DNA of 64,000 bases from the human T2T-CHM13v2.0 reference genome, Homo sapiens, in the NCBI RefSeq assembly GCF_009914755.1, contig NC_060936.1; one strand, written 5' to 3'. The translations under genes were made by a program, and so were the position numbers. Below are positions 55,492 through 64,000 of this stretch, piece by piece. Positions within the stretch are counted from its first letter, which is position 1. Every line of letters begins with the position of its first letter. A model generated the notes under the pieces. The model was not told where the DNA came from and made no database searches. It saw only the letters and a list, made by a program, of their open reading frames with translations.

Positions 55492-57889
55492 TGTCTAATC
55501 TAGAGATCCTGAGGAGCTAAGAAGTATGAACAAACGCACTTCAAAGACTAAACTGGACATAAATTCAAACGAGAAGAAAGTCTTCATTTAGGGAAAATCA
55601 GAGAAAATACTTCAGGGAGGAAAAGGTATCAAATCTAACTGTTAGCATGTAATAATATTTTGTCAGGAGTTTTTCCCTCATTTCTGCTCAACTACAGAGT
55701 TTCAGCTAGCATTAATCTTCTAATCAAAAGGGAACAAATCTATTTATAATTGACATAAATGATAGTCCTATTTATAGTTCTCTTTGGCGTTCCATGCTTC
55801 TCTGTGGGAGATCTTCCCTGAAACAAAAGCCTACTTTTTGAAGCAACTGTGTTCCAGGGACAGCCTTGATCATTTCTGCTGCCCGAGAGATGTATTTAAT
55901 TAACCTCTTATCCCTACTCATGGGATGGCGGAATGTGAAAAGTACTGACCAATATTACAGCAATTCCTACATTTGCCCTTGTAATTCCAGTCCACAGAAA
56001 TCATACATGACCCAAAAAGGAATGACAGTCCCCACGTTCCAAAGGAAGGGGCATGAATGCATCTTGGCTAACCCACTTTCAACTTCAGGATGTACTCTAG
56101 CCTAGCCCTCCCTCAATTCTAACAACACTTCACTCAAATTACCTCTGGAAACTGGTAGCGGGTCCTGATTTTCTAAGAATTTTGTGGCAATTCCACAGGT
56201 ATTATCTCTCCTGGTACTAAAAAAACTGCTTTGGGTAGGCAGGCAGGGCTGACTGTACCCATTTGACAAGGGAGAGAATTGCCTGACAGAACCCAGCCAA
56301 CCAGCGAATTCAAGGCTTTTCAGGGTGTCCAGGTCTCCTCACCTCATATTCAGAACTCTTTTTGATATCCAATGTTGTCATGCTGATAGCAAAATAAATA
56401 TTATTCAAATATACCCAGACATTCACTTAAATTCTCAAACTCTGCTTAAATTCACTCAAATTCTGCTTAATTTATTAACAAAACTCTGTTTTGAGGAATC
56501 CTCATGCTAAAAGAAAAGCAACCAACAGTGCCCATGTTATCTGCATCAAATCCTATCTGGACCGGGGGATACAGAGGATAAGATGGGAGGGGAACCTCAT
56601 GACTCCAGGTAGAATTTTGACGCATCATTGAACTTGAGTTGGAAAGACTGGCCTGGCAGCTCTACAAAAGGAGGGATTTTTTCCTAAGCTTTTCATCAAC
56701 TCAAAGTCAAAGCGGCTTGTTTGCCCAGTATTTCTGGCCTCTCTCAGTCTATAGAACACAACCATGCCTCTACCTAGCCAAGGACCCAGGCAGACAGAGA
56801 GTACATGAAGGTGTAAATTCCACCTACTTTTAAACTTTAGTGGACGATTTCACAAGACTGTATATATAGAGAGAAGGATGAAAATTTTTTGTATTCTTTT
56901 GGAAATTCAGTAAACATATTTTGAGATCTGCCATATCCAGGAAGAATAAGAGAAAAAAATGTTATTTTTATACATTATTACTTACTTTAATTCTATAGGT
57001 TTATGATGATTATTCTGACATATGGGTAAGAATTGTTTTCTTAACCAGATTGAAGGTAACCTTAAGGCAGATTTGTATGTTACTTTTTGGGAGCATGATG
57101 GGTGTTCATGAACGTTAGTTTTCTGCTCTGGCTTTTTCGTTTCAGCTTCCCCTTGGTTTCTAGCACAATTCTAGGTACACAGTTATCCATAAAACATTGC
57201 TGAATTTAATGACATTGAAAAATAATGACTTTCTTCTTCTTGGTCAATATTTTGCAACTGGTCATTCCAGTCAAAATTCACTAAGTTGGATCCATTTCTG
57301 GTGCCTGAGATTTGATTCTATAATCTTGTAACTTGTTGACAATCCTTCTGCAGGGCAAACAGGAATGCGAGCCCCTTTCTAGTTATTCAGAAACTTTAGA
57401 AATTGACACTTTTGAATGCAGCATACGGAGTTCTTTCTGTTTCATTTTTTCTAGCGTATTTGTGCTCTACCTGGCATTGACTCAATTCATTATCTCAGCC
57501 CAGCCCCCAGGAATAGACTGACTCCTGCAATTCTAACACAAGTTGTGCATACTAAAGGATTTGCTGATGCTCCTCATGAGGCATGCAATAGTGTTTTAAT
57601 CTGGAGATCACAGCCAGCTTCCAACAAAAAGGATCATGTTCTGTTTACCTAAATTCCCTTAGTAGTTTCCTTTAGATACAGCACTTCTCACTCTGTACTT
57701 GAAAATACCGAAAAGTCCATGGAGGCCTTCCGACTCAGCCATGTCTACATTTCAAATGAGTTACTGCCTTCCTAAAGGCACACATAACTAATCTAGGCCT
57801 GTAAGGCCACATAAAAACGAATAACAATTAATTCCATGCAGACATGGATAGTGCAGTGTATGAGGGAGTAAGTGGGAACTTACAGAGAT

Positions 57890-58700
57890 TAATAAAACAT
57901 AGCCCTCACCTTTGCAGAGCTTATAGTTAAGCAGATGGTAGGAACACTGACCAAAAAAAAAAAAAAAAAAAAAAAAAAAACCAAAAACAAAGTGCTGTAA
58001 GAGTAATATTATTGCTTCTCTCTCTCAGAGGAAAGAGGGTTGACATCTGGTAGAAGATTTTACAGAGGAGGTGACATTTGAGAGAAGAAGAGAGGAAAGT
58101 CCAGGAAAATAAAATAGGTGGTAATAAGTCACATAGGTCGGATGTTGGAATATGTAGGGGGTCATTTGTAAACTTGGTGAGTCAATCAAGTCAATGTCTC
58201 AATGACTACAGCAAGTCATGCAGGCAAGTGAAGTAGACCAGAGCAAGGCAATAGAGAGTGGTGGGGGGTTTTTGGTAAAGCAGAAAGCATGTGCCAATAT
58301 GAAGTGGAGAGTCATTTAGTAAATACTGACAGATAATTCAAATTTTAGTAAAAACACTGTATTCACTACACAAAAACACTTATGAGGACTGGATACAACT
58401 TACAGATTGCCAGTTTGTGAGCTCTGCTGTAGGGATACATTAAGAAAGTCAGATAGAGACCTTACGTAAAATGCCTTACTGTCAAATTGGGGAGTTTGGA
58501 CTCACTCAATTTACATAGCCATGAATGGTCCCTGGATGTTGTTTAGAAAAGGGATAAAGTGATAAGAATTGCTTTGGAAAGATTAATCTCATGGGTGGGA
58601 CGGCTGGCCTCAAGCAGTCTTGCACACAGCACGATCATGGAGGAGGCTGTTGCAATAGTTTTGGTGGGCGATGAGGAGGATCTAAATAGTGATGGGACTG
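57890..58700. mobile_element. Diverged L2 fragments including an A28 run (57953-57980)
   Basis: agaggaggtgacatttgag...; gctttggaaagattaatct...ggaggctgttgcaatagt. Confidence 0.5.
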
Positions 58701-61197
58701 GAAGGATCTTCCAGTAAATAGGTAACAGCTGTTATGGATCTCGGTGCAAAACAAACTGTAAGGCTACAGCTTGTTTTGTCTGAAGAGTTGGGTTGATGGT
58801 CTCCACTGTGCTCAACACTTAGGGTGATTGTGCAACCCATCCATTGCATTGGCTGGGAACCTGGCCTTTCCTGCTTTACAAGGTCACCGGCTAAAAACTC
58901 CACTTGCTCTTGAGGAAATATCCCTTTGATGATGTCTAAATTTTTGAATGTTCAGTTTTTAAAATCTGCCTTCTTCCTTCACCAGAATGACTTGATTGTC
59001 TTTTAAATTCTAGCTCAGCTGTACCCTTGCTCTGTTTGGGGAGGGCTATACAGTTCTATAAAGATGAGGTTTGTGTCTTATTTATATAAACCAGCAGCAG
59101 TTAGTCTGGTAACTATGTGATAGAACAAAGGCAATAGATATGTCTTGAACGTAATAAAATAGACAAGCGTATAGTTAATATCCAACGAGATCTTGCATAT
59201 TTGGAGCAGGAGTGGCATAGGTCAATGTATGCTGAGCCAGATAGGTATATAATGAATAAATTAAGCCTGCAAGGGCACACACTTCACATAAAAGGGTGAC
59301 CAAAAACTGCCACTCAAGAATGCAGGCTCAGCCATGCTGGATTGCACCATTTTTTTCATAAGAGAAGTTGTTAATCTTTTGTTTTTGCTTATAATCTCTT
59401 GATTTTTATATTTCCAAAATTAAAACAAATACATATTGGGTGGACCAAACAAAACATGTCTGTGGACTAGATGCAGGTGGGGTGGGAGTGGAAACGTTTT
59501 GTGACATTGCTCTAGAATATCAATTCCATGTGCATAGAGCTGTGCTTTACTCATTTCTTTCATCATTAGTTTTGGCTAACCAGAAGACACTCAATAGATG
59601 GTGTGGACTGGGATACCATAGGGGAGAACTATTCCCATCTGACTCAAGCCTGCAGTTGTATGATTGGAATTTCATGGGTCCCCCCACAAAGAAACCTCTT
59701 TGAAGGGATGGCATCATTCTCCCTTGGGTATTGCTAAACACAGAGCAGGTGCCCAGCTGATGATTCTACAATTAAATTGGGCAGAGCTATAATTTTACTT
59801 CCATACATTTTACTAAAGCACCCAGCAAAAGGAATGAGAGAATACTAACAAAGAAACAAACAATAATCTCCATATCCGTCAGATTTCTTAAGGGATTTTA
59901 GAGATTTTCATGAACAGCAGTAAACATTCTGGAAAAGGTATTAGAGATTATCTTGTCAACATTAATTCAATGGGTAGAGTGCCAATGAGTCAGGGATATC
60001 ACTGTATTAAAATAATATGCATTAAATCTAAACAAATCAAATATATAGTTTTGGTCTAAGTCCAATACTATCTTATCCTTGTCAAGAATATAGACAAGAA
60101 GTGGCATGTTCTTAAAGTTCAAGTAAAAGATGTGTGAAAACAATGTGAAAACTATATTAGTGACTTTTTTTCCCTGCCAAACTGGGAAGAGAGATCACAA
60201 TTATCACATTTCAAAGGTGGAATGTCTTGGTTCATTTACGTATCATTGTTTCAATGGCAACAGGTTTTGAGACCCAGGGGATTAATAATCAAATCTACCA
60301 AGTTATTTAGTGGTAGAGTTCTGAGTAAATCCAAGATTTTCTAAGTCTCCAATCCAAAGGCCCCCCTTTCTTTTTATTGTCATTTCAAGAAATACAAGTT
60401 AAAAACTGGTCCTCTCTCACTTTACCTGCCCTGCTGTGGGACAATGTCCCTTTGAAGAAGCACACCCTTCAGATATCAAGGCCTTCATTAATGACCTTCA
60501 TTAATGGGCTCAGGCTGGGGAACTTGAGTTTCAGAATGACCCTCGTAAAGACCCGAAGCCAGCTGTATCTCTTTGAAAAGCAGTTTTAAAGTTTACCCTT
60601 CACCTTCTGATAGGTGACCAAAATAGACTTTTCTTACCTTAAAACCATTTCTCTAAAATCCCAGTGGGAACCCTCATAGAACTAATTAACTCAGACCCAT
60701 AAGAAATAATATTAGAATCTGGCTGAGCATAACAAAAGATGAAATTTGATATGAGTAAAACACACATTCGTCCACTTAATGCAATTAGATTTTTTTCTTT
60801 TTTTGAAGCACTCTTGCTTGGCTGTTCTTGAAAAATGTAACTATTGAAAAAGAAACTGGCAAGATCTTAAGGACTGGGGCTCAGTTCCTGGCCCCAGTGA
60901 TGGGCTTGGAAATTGCAGCTACAGCAATTAGAAGTTCCAATTTCCAGTTCACAGAAGGTCAGGCCATGGGGTTATCCTTGGAGCAGTTCTATCATTCCTC
61001 TGAGGAAAGGTTCCACCAACTTGAGGGAATCTGGACCAAATACCAGTGAATCAGCATATATATTGTTAATGGCCACAAGCAGGTTTGACCTTAACATCAT
61101 TTTTGAAATCTGCAGTGACAGTTGATCTTTTTGTACTCTGTCTTATCAAATGTGAGCCACGAATTAGCAAGTACCTCTTACTTCCTGCCATTCTCTA

Positions 61198-61335
61198 GAT
61201 GGGGCTTCTCAAACCTTAACACGCATCCAAATCCTGTGGGTATCGGGTTAAAATGCAGATTTTGATTTAATTGGTTTGGGGTCAGGGCCCCTGACTCTGC
61301 ATTTCTAAAAAGCCCTCAGGTTTCTTTGAGTAGCA
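61198..61335. mobile_element. MER5A-like
   Basis: cttctcaaacctt...ttaaaatgcagattttgatttaattggtttggggtcagggcccctgactctgcatttctaaaaagccctcaggt. Confidence 0.7.
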
Positions 61336-64000
61336 AGACTCTATGTCTATGTGTATTTTCACACACTAAGCTTTGTTTTTCCTAAGCAACATTGATACAT
61401 TCCCCTTAGACAATTTGTTAATCAAACCAATTAGCCCGTTGTAAACAAGAGATACAAGAGATTGTTTCTTGCCACAAAACACTTTCCCTAGCCAGTTTTC
61501 AAATCTGGTTTTTCTAAGAGATAGACTTTTCTGTTCTTTATTATTACTGTTGTTTTTGATATGTGTGTTGGGGAGGGAGATCAAAATCATTTATATTCAT
61601 TGAAACCAATCATCCACTGAATGACTTTAAAACACTAAGTGGCCAGTGTCTACTTCAGAACCAGCCAGAAGTAAGCCTTTCTTTGTCTTTAGCTTACACA
61701 TCATGATGCTTTTGTGCAATGTTACTGAACCCCCATCTGACTTATCTGGTAAGAGAGATTTTCATAATTGCATGCAAAGCACCGATAATCTACAGAAATG
61801 CCAGCCAGATTTGTGGCACTAATACCTTTCACAAGTCTTATGATTCATATGACTCAGGGCCCACAGACTGTCTAACTTAAGGGAAGCCTGAAATGATGCT
61901 TATTGTATGTGTGTCATTGATCTTCTCAAAATTCATCCTCAAATATCTGTTCCATACTAGGAGGTAAGAATCAGCAGAAAAGAAGGAATCTTTGGAGAGC
62001 CAAAACCATCTCTACACCAAATTGAGAGACTGGAATTATAAGGTGAATGCAATTAACTGGCAGTCGCATCCATGTTGAGAACACAGTCATCCCTTTAATA
62101 GAGAACATTTGCTGTGCTTGACAAACTCACAGTGAAATGGTTGGATCCATAGGAAGCAACATGCTGAAAATGGTTTCAATATGATCCTGTTTTTTCACTC
62201 AATAGCCATTGATTGAGGGTGTCCAGCCAAAAACAATGAGAAAATGAGCCAACAATAGTCTTACCCTTTGACCATATTAGATAAAGTCGCAGCTGAAATT
62301 TGTTATATGTTTCAGGAATAACAAAGCATCCATATGGAACATATATTTGGCAGTGTGGCAGCTGATGAAACCAGGAAAATTAGACAAATTATCAATTGCT
62401 CGCTCCCAAATTACCCCAAAAAGAAATTAGATCCATTTTCAGTAGCTTTGCCTTCAAATTTCTTCATTCCGTGAGTCACCACTACCTTCTGCCAAACTAA
62501 ATATGTCTATGAACGGCTGGAAACTTTAATGGAAAGAAACATAAAACTCAAACTACGTAGGAAAATTTAAGCTTCTTCATGGAAGATCTTCGTGGAAGAC
62601 TAGCAAGTTAGGAATGTGTGAAGACAGACAACACATCGATAATTCCTTTTGTTTGGGGTCACTTCTGAGTTAGAGAGCAATGCAACATGCTGGCTTGACT
62701 TCAAATTAAAATCAGCTTTTTCCTTTATTTCTTTTGTAAGCCTCCAATCCCTCAAACTACTAGGGTTTATTAAGGTACACAGTCCTACAGTCAGGTCGAT
62801 CAGATTTGGGATAAAGAGACTTCATGATGTTATTCGATGGATGGTAGAAATTAGTAAATGAAGATTTCATGAATGGCTAAGAGCTTAATTTTCTAGAAAC
62901 TATTCTGAGGTGTTACACCAGAAGAATATGACATAGCAGTTCACTTTGAGTGTATGGACTGTGGTTATGAGCACTACCCTCATATGAGTTTATTGAGGTT
63001 AAGTTTAAAGGGTCCAGCTGTGCAAAGAGCTCTGGACCAAGCATGAGGTGACTGAAATGTAGCCTTGGCTTTCCGACCAGTAGCTCCAGCTTTTCCGACC
63101 AACTTTTGTGACCTCATGCACATCATGTTTTTTCTGGACCTTGGTCCTTTCATCTGGGAAGTGAGAGCACTGGATCAGATTGCTCTATATGGTTCTTTCT
63201 AGCTCTCTAATTTTTCAATTCTGCATTGGCAAATAGAAACCACTTGTAGTGTTCTCTAAGGGCTGGTGCTCCAGCTGTGATTCATACCTTAGCCAGGGAT
63301 GTACCAGTTGTTGCATACCTTCCCTTGCCCAACACTACTCCTTTTAAATAACTCACATAGAAGTAGAGAGGAACTGAGTGGAGGTTCTGTTCTCACTTTC
63401 ATAAGTAGACCTTATTGGTGAGGGTCCAGTAGCCTTTGAAAATTACCTGTTGACTAGAGTTAGCTTAATCTTGAGCTAGGCATTTTCAGTGGAGCAGTGG
63501 TGAAGGGGTCCTAAGAGGTGACATCTCAAGTAGACTTGTTGACTTTTTTCTCCTATATCTTCAATCTCAGATCCAAAATGATGTCAGTAGCAAATTGTAA
63601 GTCATGGTATATATTCTGGGGACTGGAAGAAGGAAATAGCTTTTGGAATGACATTTTCAATATCAAATCAAGAAATTTTATTAAGTGCTCCATACTAGAT
63701 GCTGTGAAAAACAGGAGGGGGGAAAACCCTTAAAACTTAGTCTGTGTTCTTCTGAAAAAGCTCAAGATAAAATAGAGAGAATGAAAATTTACAGTAGCAG
63801 CAGTAGCAGTAGCCAGTATTTGATTGTGTGGTTCAAAAGTGTTACAACTGCATCAAATGTTGTGTCTCTGGGAGCCATGGGATGTGAGGCCCCTGGGATA
63901 GAAGAACCACAGGGTCACTGGTCCATATGGTGATAAAACTCACAATTTTGATTTCATCAAAGCCATTCTCAAACAAAAAAATTTAATTCCCCTAAGTCAG

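Noticed and set aside
60482-60506. Short tandem duplications (ccttcattaatg x2; also 21260-21291, 50160-50217, 56426-56470, 63068-63101)
   Set aside because: Ordinary slippage duplications with no evident function.

Overview
This is human genomic DNA covering the 3' part of IGF1 (insulin-like growth factor 1) on the minus strand. It contains coding exon 4 (18668-18849: mature IGF-1 residues 26-70 plus the common E-peptide) and exon 5 (Eb terminal exon, CDS 16977-17162; its first 49 nt form the Ec/MGF cassette). It also contains the start of exon 6 (Ea CDS 1650-1709, Ec frame 1684-1709) with about 1.65 kb of 3' UTR, and about 45 kb of intron 3 (exon 3 is outside the window). The rest is intronic with Alu, L1, MIR, L2, MaLR LTR and DNA-transposon remnants. 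All other ORF-track entries are repeat-derived or chance. Most notable: (1) a perfect 37-bp inverted repeat with an 8-nt loop at 48860-48941 that matches no repeat I recognise; (2) a nested L1 in which a human-specific L1HS-Ta fragment sits inside a twin-primed, inverted older L1PA, each with its own TSD; (3) a sense-strand (GAA)27 tract grown from an Alu tail/TSD; (4) a long (GGAA)n microsatellite in intron 5; (5) paired STAT5 motifs in intron 3, one pair inside a dense hepatocyte transcription-factor motif cluster; (6) a MIR-derived let-7 site in the 3' UTR. I found no convincing new protein-coding gene. Repeat subfamily calls and boundaries were made by eye against recalled consensus sequences.
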